DNA of 64,000 nt from an uncultured Candidatus Saccharibacteria bacterium. GTDB taxonomy: Bacteria; Patescibacteriota; Saccharimonadia; Saccharimonadales; EFPC-124. Of this stretch, positions 8,487 through 17,779 are shown piece by piece (the first letter of the stretch is position 1; each line of letters starts with the position of its first letter). Position numbers and translations under genes: made by a program. The stretch lies in assembly GCA_964405095.1 (NCBI GenBank), contig CAYOML010000001.1:23311-87310 (forward strand), written 5' to 3'. Under the pieces are notes generated by a model. It ran no database searches and had not been told where the DNA came from. It saw nothing but the letters and a program-made list of their open reading frames with translations.

Positions 8487-9760
8487 TGAACAAGGCTCAA
8501 CTACACACCGATTCTTACACCGATTTTCGGTATTATCTAGATAACGTGTATTCACAAAAAACCGAGCAACAGGTTCTGGGGCTCTCGGTTGGTTATCCAA
8601 CATCAGGCCAATTCCCGCTGCCGAACGAGATCCTGGAGCAGCTTGTCCCATTCGAAGATGGCCAAGAAAAGCCACGGCCAGGTTACGGTTGGGAAGCCGG
8701 TTCCCAGACGGTTCGTGAGGCTATTCTTGAGTACGAGAATCTGGCCCACGGCACCAGATACACCATGAAGAACGTCTGCATTGTCGCCGGCGCTACTTAC
8801 GGCCTAAACCGCATCCTGGAATATATGTTTACCGACCCATTGTTCGACAAAAGCAAAGACGAATTACTTGTGGCCGCACCGACATTTTACCGTATGTTGG
8901 GCCGTGTTGAGAGTTACGCCAAAGTCGTAAATGTCACCGGCCAAGAAGACAATAACTTCCAGGTAACAGTTGATGATATTCTTGCCGGCTTAACTCCGCG
9001 CACCAAAGCCGTCTTTTTGCTTAACCCCAGCAACCCAACTTACTTGTATTACCCCAATGATTTTCTTGCCGAGTTGGTTGCCAAGCTCAGCGAGCGCCAG
9101 GTATACCTGATAATCGACGAATCTGGCGACGCCTATGTGAACGATGGTCACAACAATCATAGCTATCACCGCATGACCCTGGCTCTTCAGAACCCGTACG
9201 TCATCCGCATAGTAACCGCATCTAAGAAATATCTACTGGCCGAATATCGAATTGGTTACGTGCTTGCTGGCGAAGACGTCATTGGTACCAAATTGCACGG
9301 TTTTATAAAGTTGATCGGCGATGACATGAGCAACCCGCCGCTTGCTGCCAACGATGCCTGGCTGGCTTTGTTGCAACACGAAATACTCCTGTTGCAAAAC
9401 AAACCATGTCCAAACACCGGTTGTGATTTTGCCGAAAAGTTCCGTGATGCAACCGCCAAGATGTCACGGCTGCGCGAATTGACGCTTAATGCCCTGGCTC
9501 ACACCGATCATATCCGTCGCGTCATCATGCCGGACGCTAACTACAACCTGTGTTTTGCATTTGATTCCAGCAAGGACTACGATGACATTCAGGTGTTCGA
9601 CGAAATGCTGCAAAAACATAACCTGGCACTTGTGCCCGGTTCGGGCTTTGGCATCGACAAAAAACTCCTGTACTTCCGCCTGACATTCGCCATTCGGGAA
9701 ACCGAGCTGCGCGAAGGCCTGGCGGCTCTGCAAGCCTTTAGTAAAAGTGGGTATTTATAA
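8486..9760 (+). CDS. class I/II (fold-type I) PLP-dependent aminotransferase
   Basis: LLNPSNPT and TASKKY (PLP lysine) motifs; length about 420 aa. Confidence 0.8.
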   Translation: MNKAQLHTDSYTDFRYYLDNVYSQKTEQQVLGLSVGYPTSGQFPLPNEILEQLVPFEDGQEKPRPGYGWEAGSQTVREAILEYENLAHGTRYTMKNVCIVAGATYGLNRILEYMFTDPLFDKSKDELLVAAPTFYRMLGRVESYAKVVNVTGQEDNNFQVTVDDILAGLTPRTKAVFLLNPSNPTYLYYPNDFLAELVAKLSERQVYLIIDESGDAYVNDGHNNHSYHRMTLALQNPYVIRIVTASKKYLLAEYRIGYVLAGEDVIGTKLHGFIKLIGDDMSNPPLAANDAWLALLQHEILLLQNKPCPNTGCDFAEKFRDATAKMSRLRELTLNALAHTDHIRRVIMPDANYNLCFAFDSSKDYDDIQVFDEMLQKHNLALVPGSGFGIDKKLLYFRLTFAIRETELREGLAALQAFSKSGYL

Positions 9761-9772
9761 AGGGTAATAACT

Positions 9773-10384
9773 ATGAATACAGCCTCAACCATTCTTGAAA
9801 CATCTCTAGGCGCTTTTAAATTGTCGTACCATTCACTTGGCGACATGCAAGCCGTCAGCATGTCGATTGGCGATATTACCAGCGGCACACCGCTGTTGCG
9901 TATCCATTCTTCCTGTCTATTCAGCGAAGCGTTGTGCGCCGTCGACTGCGACTGTAAACTACAGCTGGACAGCGCTCTGGAGTACATCAAAAAAGCCGGC
10001 AAAGGCGTTATTGTGTATCTGTACCAAGAGGGCAGGGGTGTCGGCCTCGAAAACAAGATCCGCGCCGTCGAAATAATGCGCGTCGATAACTGCGACACGG
10101 CCACGGCCTTCGAAAAGCTAGGTTTCGAGCTCGACCCACGCGACTATAGTCTGGCTATCAAGGCACTTAAAGATTTACACGTTTCTAAAGACGTCCTTTT
10201 GATGTCTAATAACCCGCGCAAATTCAATGCACTAGAAACAGCCGGGTATGACGTAGTTGAGCAAGTTGTGCTGTCGTACTACGCTAATCCGACTGTTCAT
10301 CATTACTTACGCTCCAAAGAAGCCAAACTTGGCCACAAGATACAGTGGAGCGCAATTAAGACAACTACCCGGCGAGTGTCTTAA
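9773..10384 (+). CDS. GTP cyclohydrolase II (RibA-like), stand-alone
   Basis: RIHSSCLFSEALCAVDCDC zinc-binding cysteines, YLYQEGRGVGL and SNNPRK blocks as in RibA; no ribB/ribD/ribH/ribE adjacent. Confidence 0.8.
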   Translation: MNTASTILETSLGAFKLSYHSLGDMQAVSMSIGDITSGTPLLRIHSSCLFSEALCAVDCDCKLQLDSALEYIKKAGKGVIVYLYQEGRGVGLENKIRAVEIMRVDNCDTATAFEKLGFELDPRDYSLAIKALKDLHVSKDVLLMSNNPRKFNALETAGYDVVEQVVLSYYANPTVHHYLRSKEAKLGHKIQWSAIKTTTRRVS

Positions 10385-12092
10385 AGACCGGCTTGGAACC
10401 ATCCCAGTGCTTGGCGTATGGGTTCAGGTACAAGTCGGGGTAATGCACGGCGATTTCTATTAGCATAGGTGCAGCCTGCTTGGTGGCACCGGCCAGGGCC
10501 TTTTGTAGTTCTGCTGGTGTGGTTGCACGGGATGCTTTTACGCCGTTTGCTTCGGCCAGTTTTACAAAGTCAACATTCATGAATTCGGTAGCAGCTACGT
10601 CCTGTGTATGCTCATCACCGGTCAACTGGTAGCGGCGAATCAGGGCGTTGGCATTGTTATTCAGCAATAGAACAGTGACCGGCAGGTTGTTACGCACGAT
10701 TGTTTCAAGATCACCACTGTTAGAATGGAACCCGCCATCGCCCGCAATCAATACGACGCGCTTGTCGGATTGTGACAGGGCGGCCCCAATGGCCATACCA
10801 ATGCCTGTGCCAAACGATGACAAACCTGCCGAAGTTAGATAGTGATGTGGTTCCTGAGGCATAAAGTAAGTACCAACTACATGGCGATGCATACCAATGT
10901 CGTTGGCAACAATGTAATTGTAGTCGCCATAGGCATCGTTAAGCGCCTGAATCGCTTGTGGGACAGTCACACCTTCACCACTATCTTTCGCCTGCATGTC
11001 GGCCGTCATTCTGTTCACGATAGTGTCGCGAGCCGTGGCAGCATCTTTGGCGATCGCTTCCCGGGGCTTAACAGCGACTACCAACTGGCTAAGCTGCCCA
11101 GCCAAATTGCCAGTTAACTTAACTTCGGGCACAAATGCTTTGTTAGTACGGTTATCAAAATAGTTCAGGCTAATAATCTTTTTAGCCGAACCAAATTTCC
11201 AGCCGTTAGGATGGTGCTCAATCATGTCATAGCCGAGCAACAACAGGGTGTCGGCGGTTTCAAAAATAGACTGCAGCACGTGTCCTTCAAACAAAGCATC
11301 CAGGTAACCATTGAGCGTGCCCAGGTTCAGCGGATGGCCAAATGGCAAAATACCTTTGGCAGAGTAGGTAGCAATCGCCGGGATGTTAAGCTTTTCGAGC
11401 AAAGGGCGTAGTGTCGCGGCAGCTTCTGGCACTTTAGCAACGGTATCGCCCAGTACAATAATCGGGTTTTTAGCACCGTCCAAAAGCTTAGCAGCTTCGG
11501 CAATGAGCTTATCTTGCATATTGGTGCTACCGACGGTGTAAGCCAAAGGCAGTGCAGTATGATCAACTAGCCATTTAGCGGCTAGGTCTTCGTCCACGAC
11601 TTCGTCCATCAAGTTAATTGGCAACGAAATGAAGGCAGGGCCAAAAGGATACGCAAGCATGTCGGTAAAGGCGCGGTCAACGGCTACAGCCAGCGCATCC
11701 AAAGTAGTAGGCTCGTAGCTGCCTTTAGTGAGCGGGCGAGTCACACTCACTGCGTCCAAACATTGGTGGGCGTTGTTGTAGTCAATGCTGTGTGTTTCTA
11801 GCTGTGCAGCAATAAACAATACCGGGTGACGATCTTGTGCAGCCGTCGCCATAGCGGTCATCATATGGGTAACGCCCGGCCCTAAGGTGCTAAAACATAC
11901 TTGTGGACGGCCCGTTAGGCGGGTTGCCGCTACCGCAGATGTACCAGCGCTTAATTCATTACGAAACAGATAGAACTTCTGGGAATGATCTTTGTCGAAC
12001 AACAGGCTTGCTGCTTCACGTCCCAGAACACCATACACACGATCAACTCCGTAAGTTGCCAATAGCTTTTGTAGAAAATCAGAACCTTTCAC
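10365..12092 (-). CDS. thiamine pyrophosphate-dependent enzyme, acetolactate synthase large-subunit-like
   Basis: 575 aa with N-terminal Pyr domain, central domain and C-terminal TPP-binding GDGGF...NN motif. Confidence 0.8.
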   Translation of the reverse strand: MKGSDFLQKLLATYGVDRVYGVLGREAASLLFDKDHSQKFYLFRNELSAGTSAVAATRLTGRPQVCFSTLGPGVTHMMTAMATAAQDRHPVLFIAAQLETHSIDYNNAHQCLDAVSVTRPLTKGSYEPTTLDALAVAVDRAFTDMLAYPFGPAFISLPINLMDEVVDEDLAAKWLVDHTALPLAYTVGSTNMQDKLIAEAAKLLDGAKNPIIVLGDTVAKVPEAAATLRPLLEKLNIPAIATYSAKGILPFGHPLNLGTLNGYLDALFEGHVLQSIFETADTLLLLGYDMIEHHPNGWKFGSAKKIISLNYFDNRTNKAFVPEVKLTGNLAGQLSQLVVAVKPREAIAKDAATARDTIVNRMTADMQAKDSGEGVTVPQAIQALNDAYGDYNYIVANDIGMHRHVVGTYFMPQEPHHYLTSAGLSSFGTGIGMAIGAALSQSDKRVVLIAGDGGFHSNSGDLETIVRNNLPVTVLLLNNNANALIRRYQLTGDEHTQDVAATEFMNVDFVKLAEANGVKASRATTPAELQKALAGATKQAAPMLIEIAVHYPDLYLNPYAKHWDGSKPVFKTLAG

Positions 12093-12217
12093 GACACATA
12101 CTCCAGAATACCGCTATTTTGGGGTACCCATCATGGCCTCCCAAGTCGCGGTTAAATTATATTTCGTTAATAGTACACCAGCAGGCAGTATAAGTGAATA
12201 GTGTTCTTATCTGATTA

Positions 12218-13156
12218 TTAGGCAAGTTGGCCAAAGGTGTTGGTGGCGATTGGCTGTCTGGCGTTGTATTTGGCTACACAATAGCTAAGGATTGCCTGCC
12301 TAAAGCGCCATTTGCTGTCATCGCCAGAAGCCTCAGCCTGGTCCTTATCGCCTGCGAGTGCCCAAACAGCCCTAAGCAATACCACGTCATTGGTATAACT
12401 ACTAAGCTGTTTAATGTTATGTTTTGCAGCCGTGTCGTCAATAACCCGCATGTAGTTACCCAGTTGGTCGTCGGTTAAGTCGTACGATAGCTTTGACTCA
12501 CCATTCTTGTCTTTAAAATCCCAGAAGCGTCCGAATAGTACACCAGCTAGCACATCATAACCAACAGGACCTGTAAAATTATGCTCAAAATCAATGACAC
12601 CGCCTTTTAGGATATTGAATGGTGTCAGGTCACCATGGGTTGGGGCGCTGGGCAACTTGCTAAGGCGCCCGGTGATAGTATCGAGAGCGGTTTGGAGTGC
12701 AGGGGTATCAAACTGCGGATTTTCGCCCAATGCCTTAGACAGACGAATCAACACCGGTATGTCGCTTGCTTGCTCGGTTACATTCTGTAATTGTGCCCGT
12801 AAAAAGTTTGCGGCCACCTGGCAGTAGGCGTTAAACGACTCACTGCTGACTTTGCCCTGTGCCATGTACTCATTTTTGAATATGCGTCCAAATGTTTGCT
12901 CACCCAATGATTCTTCAATAAAGTACGTTGTGCCATCAACTTCGCCGTCGTCCAGAATGCTGGCAACAGGAAACCCACTAGCCTTAAGGCTTTTAGCAAA
13001 AGCCACTTCGGGCTGCAGAATACTACTCGGTCCAATCCGTAGATACTGAGTACCATCATGTGATACAAAAATCTGGCCCTTATTTAGCAGGCGATTGCGG
13101 ATCAGGCGCCAGTTGCTAGCACTGTTTGGTAAAAAAGTGTCTGGATCGTAGTTCAT
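12218..13156 (-). CDS. aminoglycoside phosphotransferase / choline kinase family kinase
   Basis: Brenner motif HGDLTPFNIL and IDFEHNFTGPVGYDVL (DxD) typical of APH/ChoK-fold kinases. Confidence 0.7.
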   Translation of the reverse strand: MNYDPDTFLPNSASNWRLIRNRLLNKGQIFVSHDGTQYLRIGPSSILQPEVAFAKSLKASGFPVASILDDGEVDGTTYFIEESLGEQTFGRIFKNEYMAQGKVSSESFNAYCQVAANFLRAQLQNVTEQASDIPVLIRLSKALGENPQFDTPALQTALDTITGRLSKLPSAPTHGDLTPFNILKGGVIDFEHNFTGPVGYDVLAGVLFGRFWDFKDKNGESKLSYDLTDDQLGNYMRVIDDTAAKHNIKQLSSYTNDVVLLRAVWALAGDKDQAEASGDDSKWRFRQAILSYCVAKYNARQPIATNTFGQLA

Positions 13157-13770
13157 GAGTTGTGCAGAACTCCCAACTCGATTAGTTGTATCACGGTATT
13201 ATCGTACGACGAAAATAGAATTGGCGTATAGCCGCAGTCTTTTGCTGAACTCAGACTAAGTTCGGAATCATCAATAAAAATGAGTTCTTTCATTGTGGCA
13301 CCAAGCGCATCGGCAAATAGTTGGTAGGCCTGTGGGTCGGGCTTCATAAACCCGGTTTCGGCCGATACCTGAAACACATAAAAGTGAGCGGCTGTACCGT
13401 TATCGCGCATTGCTTGGGCGTTAGCAAGATTGTTGTTGCTTAAAAGCCCAACTTTGTAACCAAGCCGTTTTAATTCATCAACTAGCTGCAGCATTTGCAC
13501 GCTGGGCGGCCCGCCAAAAACTTCATGGCTCAGAGCCATGACCTCATCGAGCCTATCTGAATGGCCCAAATCTTTTAAAACAGCCGACCAAAGCTCAGCC
13601 CACGAGATATTACCAACATTAATTTTATGCCGATGCCGGTAATATGCATGCTTGTACTCTCCTGGGCTCACGTTGAGCATGGTGCATAGACGTTCGCGGA
13701 ATAAGGTTTTGGGGTGGCCCTGAATGACGCCACCATAGTCAAAACCAATTGCCATAAATCTTGGGGTAAT
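13153..13770 (-). CDS. HAD-superfamily hydrolase (phosphatase-like)
   Basis: motif I IGFDYGGV, motif II LLSNN, motif III KPDP, motif IV FIDDS; the track's longer N-terminus (to 13908) is probably an over-extension and the start is likely at the internal Met; overlaps the kinase gene by 4 nt (operon). Confidence 0.65.
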   Translation of the reverse strand: MTPRFMAIGFDYGGVIQGHPKTLFRERLCTMLNVSPGEYKHAYYRHRHKINVGNISWAELWSAVLKDLGHSDRLDEVMALSHEVFGGPPSVQMLQLVDELKRLGYKVGLLSNNNLANAQAMRDNGTAAHFYVFQVSAETGFMKPDPQAYQLFADALGATMKELIFIDDSELSLSSAKDCGYTPILFSSYDNTVIQLIELGVLHNS

Positions 13771-13929
13771 TGCCATGCCCGGTATTATGACATACGTCAG
13801 TGCTACGACAATAATATGAGTCAGGATCGAATCTATAAAATAAGCTTCGCGGTCACTGATTAAAGGTGTGATCTGCGGCGTCCGGGTCGAGGACCTTAAA
13901 GACCCCATCGTGCAACTTTGGGATAGTGG

Positions 13930-14904
13930 TCATTTGCGGTACCGCCGGGCCCGGGAATAGGCTAGGGTGTAAGCCTGCTTAAAGTTAGCTTTAAACTGTG
14001 ATGGATGAGTTGCACGCCAAGCAATAAAGCGCGTTGTAAGTGCATAGATAATCAGCGCATATATAACACCGAGCACAACATCGAAGACATAATGTTCACC
14101 AAGGTAAACGATCCCGACCCACACCGAAGCTGGGTAGAACATCGCCCACCACACTCGGCGCCAACCAAACATCATATTTAGGAACAACACAAATAACATG
14201 GGGTAAGCAGCGTGCAGCGATGGCACGGCAGCAACTGCGTTGGGCGAAATGTTGGCATAAACTTCCGAGAAATTTGTAACACCCATGGCATACCACACGT
14301 CGCTGGAAATCCTGTGGATAGGTTCTATATAGCCCATATTAGATGCCATCCAGGGCGGCGCTGCTGGGAAGATAATATAAGTAACGAAGGCCATGAAAGA
14401 CAAAGCTACAAGCGCCGCAACAAACGGCCAGTAGAGCTTTTCGCGCACTTTCCAAATGAGCACAGCCAGGAGTAGGGGAGCTAAAAAGTGCAGTGTGTAC
14501 AGGAAGTAGAAGTAAAAATCGTACCATTGCACATGTCCATGCCACCACCAACTTTGCAGCACGGAGGTTGGCAGATTACCACCAAACCAAACACGGTCGA
14601 TGTTAATCATTTCGTAAAAGTGAACGTTGTGGTTAAGATCGTCGGCTATGCCTCGGAATGAGTCATAGGCAAGTAGAAGTAGGATAAACGGCCCAAAACG
14701 GGTAATAAACATGCGCGCCTGGCCAAACACAAAAAACACACCAAGCAGAACTAAGAAGAGGGTATCTGGCGTCCAAAAATTACGCTGTAAAGTAATAAAG
14801 ACCACTACAGTGACAACCGTTAAGCAACGTAGCCAAAAAACTGCTGGATGTCGTCGCTTGAGTGTTTGCGCCCTGCGCCACAGGATGCGGATTTTATTTT
14901 GCAT
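13930..14904 (-). CDS. polytopic membrane protein, PAP2-superfamily-like
   Basis: multiple TM helices; PSLHAAYP and HYVFD (HxxxD) resemble PAP2 motifs 2 and 3; weak. Confidence 0.4.
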   Translation of the reverse strand: MQNKIRILWRRAQTLKRRHPAVFWLRCLTVVTVVVFITLQRNFWTPDTLFLVLLGVFFVFGQARMFITRFGPFILLLLAYDSFRGIADDLNHNVHFYEMINIDRVWFGGNLPTSVLQSWWWHGHVQWYDFYFYFLYTLHFLAPLLLAVLIWKVREKLYWPFVAALVALSFMAFVTYIIFPAAPPWMASNMGYIEPIHRISSDVWYAMGVTNFSEVYANISPNAVAAVPSLHAAYPMLFVLFLNMMFGWRRVWWAMFYPASVWVGIVYLGEHYVFDVVLGVIYALIIYALTTRFIAWRATHPSQFKANFKQAYTLAYSRARRYRK

Positions 14905-15041
14905 TAACCTGATTATAACTAATACAACCGATTATTATGCTCGATTGAGTATTGTTTATTTGACAAGAATCGGTGTATGCTAATTACATAAAACCAACAT
15001 AAGCTTATTAATAAAACTTCCTAACTTTTAAGAGGGGTCGT

Positions 15042-15944
15042 GTGAGTAGTGGGAACAATGAGCCTCAAAGCTTAGTGCGTGGTTTTGAGAATAAAAAACT
15101 GCTAACAATACTTTGTATTTTGCTCGTAGCCGCAATTATTGCGGCTATTTGGGTGTTAGTGCTAGATAACCTACGCCGAAATAATTCTGTTACTTCTTTA
15201 TGGAGCGCCTACACCGGCCTAGCAACCAACACTACAATACCGATAACAGCTACCGACCTGAATCAGATAGACCAACGGAACACATGGGGCACGGATGAGT
15301 TGTCTGGCCTAACCCAACAAGTGATAAGCCTAATACCCGGACACCTAAGCGTCGTCGGGTTGCAGGGGCAAGAGGGTAAACCGGGCAAGGATGGCCAGGA
15401 TGGTGTTAATGGACGCAATGGGACCGATGGGGTCGATGGAGTCGCGGTGTGTGCTTTTGGACAATGTGCCTCACTGCAAACTACAGACCCAACCACCTTA
15501 GAGGTAGGTAGTATCAACGTCGACGGTACTGTCAGTGCTAGTTTCTTTGAGGGCGATGGCTCGAATCTCGATAACCTAAATGCTTCGAGAATCAATGTTG
15601 GGACGCTAGACTCGAGTCTATTCCCGAGTAATCTTACACTGCCTGGTTCGTTGACAATTGGTTTAGATGGAACATCAATATCACAAGTAAGAGTTTTTAC
15701 CCCAACACTAAACCCATCAAGTGTTGCTGCTGCTAGTACGGCCGAAGAGATTTATGCTGTCAGTGGGTTGGTTACAACCGATATTATTTACGTCAACAAG
15801 CCAACGTATACCGCTGGCTGTGGCATAGTTAACGCACGGGTAAGCGCCACTAACACTTTGGCGCTTACTTGGATGAATGCACAGACACTGCTTAGCTGTG
15901 ATCCACCGTCAGAAGTTTATAATATCGTAGCTATCAGAAGTTAA
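15042..15944 (+). CDS. membrane-anchored protein with a collagen-like Gly-X-Y triple-helix repeat and a C-terminal globular domain
   Basis: GTG start with SD AAGAGGGG; N-terminal TM; nine consecutive GXY triplets GLQGQEGKPGKDGQDGVNGRNGTDGVDG. Confidence 0.6.
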   Translation: MSSGNNEPQSLVRGFENKKLLTILCILLVAAIIAAIWVLVLDNLRRNNSVTSLWSAYTGLATNTTIPITATDLNQIDQRNTWGTDELSGLTQQVISLIPGHLSVVGLQGQEGKPGKDGQDGVNGRNGTDGVDGVAVCAFGQCASLQTTDPTTLEVGSINVDGTVSASFFEGDGSNLDNLNASRINVGTLDSSLFPSNLTLPGSLTIGLDGTSISQVRVFTPTLNPSSVAAASTAEEIYAVSGLVTTDIIYVNKPTYTAGCGIVNARVSATNTLALTWMNAQTLLSCDPPSEVYNIVAIRS

Positions 15945-16033
15945 AGCCAGCAGTTTCGAAGCTCAACTATGAAGCGTTAGATTATTGAGTCGTATATTTA
16001 CCTGATCACTATTCAGTGTTATAATATAACCTC

Positions 16034-17008
16034 ATGAGTGAGTATGAAACCGATGGGATTGAGCCGACACTGGAGCAGTTGCTGAAGTGGCGCCCTACTA
16101 GACGCAAACTTATCAAACTTGGCCTGCTCACTGCTGTTGCCGCAGATACAGCAGGCGGCTTCGCTGTCGAGCGGGGAATGAATCACCACCCCGAGGCTGA
16201 CGTATACCTGAACCCTGATAGCGACCAAACAATTATTATTGGCGGTGGCTGGGCCAATGATGGCCGAGTACTAGGCGAGATGCTAGCGCCGGTACTAGGT
16301 GACTTTGCTAACATCATCGCTATAAAATACGCCGACGATAATGTCGACTCAACCGAACTTCACAATTTAGTTTTTAGTACAATGCGCGAAAATGGTTTGC
16401 GTAACCCTTCGTGGTATCTAAATTCGTCGGCCGGTTTATTCTTGGCCGGATCCATGGCGCTGCACGCTCACGACCCCGCTAGCCAGCAAGAGTTTGGCCC
16501 GACTCAGATAGCCGTGTTTCATGACTCGCCGCACAGCGAGGCCGATTTAAACAACCAAGGTTGGTTTTTCGCTAATACTCGCGCCGATGCACTACTAAAA
16601 CGCAGTCGAGTATTTAACTGGCTATTTGGACTCGGCATGCGCGCCACACTTAGAGGCGCCGATTTCCGCGACCCAGCCTATGTAAGTTACGCCGACGCCC
16701 AAGCTATGAAAGACGGCATGGCGGCTGCCGACTCAATCACGGCTAGCGCTCAAATGGCCGGGATGCGCGATATAAACCTGCCAGACGGTTATTTGCATGG
16801 TGCAGCTCGGCGCTTTTTCTTCGTGCATAGTGAAGGCGAATCAAATGATACTAACGACTCTGCCAGCGCTTTGCGAGGCTGGCGCGGCACCTGTGGAGAG
16901 GTCGAAGAAATTATCGACCCTTACGCTCCAGCCAACAAACATGCTCCCAGCACATACCCGCATATCTTGCGCACTATCTTTTACACCAACCTTACTGAGC
17001 GATCTTAG
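16034..17008 (+). CDS. hypothetical protein with twin-arginine-like signal (TRRKLIKLGLLTAVAA); possible secreted alpha/beta-fold protein
   Basis: RR motif followed by a hydrophobic stretch; leaderless extended -10 (TGtTATAAT) 8 nt upstream. Confidence 0.4.
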   Translation: MSEYETDGIEPTLEQLLKWRPTRRKLIKLGLLTAVAADTAGGFAVERGMNHHPEADVYLNPDSDQTIIIGGGWANDGRVLGEMLAPVLGDFANIIAIKYADDNVDSTELHNLVFSTMRENGLRNPSWYLNSSAGLFLAGSMALHAHDPASQQEFGPTQIAVFHDSPHSEADLNNQGWFFANTRADALLKRSRVFNWLFGLGMRATLRGADFRDPAYVSYADAQAMKDGMAAADSITASAQMAGMRDINLPDGYLHGAARRFFFVHSEGESNDTNDSASALRGWRGTCGEVEEIIDPYAPANKHAPSTYPHILRTIFYTNLTERS

Positions 17009-17727
17009 TAGTTTTCCGGATCGTACTGATTGTGCACTTCGAGTATTGGTATTCGGTCTTCGGTAATATCTTTCTTATCATGAAATCGATCGGCGCTGCC
17101 TGCAAAGCTCAACTCCTGGCTAGCATACTCTTCTTGAGTCATCCAAGCGTTACGACCGCCCTCAAACTCTTCTACTAATATGCCATGCGGGTTATTGGCC
17201 GTTACAACAAAGAAGATTTTATCTTCCAATAGTTCGCCGGTTTGCTTGTTGAAATCTGTTTTGTGATAAATAGCTTCGTAAGCAAGATCGGCTTTCAGAC
17301 CCGTTTCTTCTGCAAGTTCGCGTGCTGCAGCGTCCAGTATAGATTCGCCCCAGCGGATCTTGCCAGTGGGGCGGCCCCAGTAGCCATAATATGGCTGTTT
17401 AAGGCGCTGCTGTACAAGTTGCTTGCCGTCTTTGCGGCGGACCATTAAGCAAACTGCAACTTTGGGCTGGCGTTCAACTTGGCGGGCATCGGTGTCAAAG
17501 CGGTTAGCGAATTCTTTGCCCTTAAAGGTTAAATGATACGCACCTTCTTTGTTTTTGCCCACAAAATCTTCTTCTAACAACTGTTTCAGATAAAAAGAGA
17601 AGTGGTCACTGGTTAATTCACTAGCTTTTTGCAGCTCCTTAAAGCGAGCATTGGGCTTAAACAGCAATACTTGCAGTATCGCCACGTGTGCTGGGTGGAG
17701 TTGTTTGTCGATTGCCATATAGGTCAC
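17005..17727 (-). CDS. winged-helix DNA-binding domain fused to a Nudix hydrolase domain
   Basis: Nudix box GKIRWGESILDAAARELAEETGL (Gx5Ex7REUxEExGU); N-terminal wHTH-like region; paralog of the 17780..18493 gene. Confidence 0.7.
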   Translation of the reverse strand: MTYMAIDKQLHPAHVAILQVLLFKPNARFKELQKASELTSDHFSFYLKQLLEEDFVGKNKEGAYHLTFKGKEFANRFDTDARQVERQPKVAVCLMVRRKDGKQLVQQRLKQPYYGYWGRPTGKIRWGESILDAAARELAEETGLKADLAYEAIYHKTDFNKQTGELLEDKIFFVVTANNPHGILVEEFEGGRNAWMTQEEYASQELSFAGSADRFHDKKDITEDRIPILEVHNQYDPENY

Positions 17728-17779
17728 TATAACCTCAGCCGGGTAGATGAACCTAGTGAAAAAAGTTTAAGCGAGCAAT

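Noticed and set aside
9256-10104. Antisense ORFs 9256..9459, 9464..9733, 9589..10104 inside the aminotransferase/GTP cyclohydrolase genes
   Set aside because: They overlap confidently assigned conserved coding sequence on the opposite strand.
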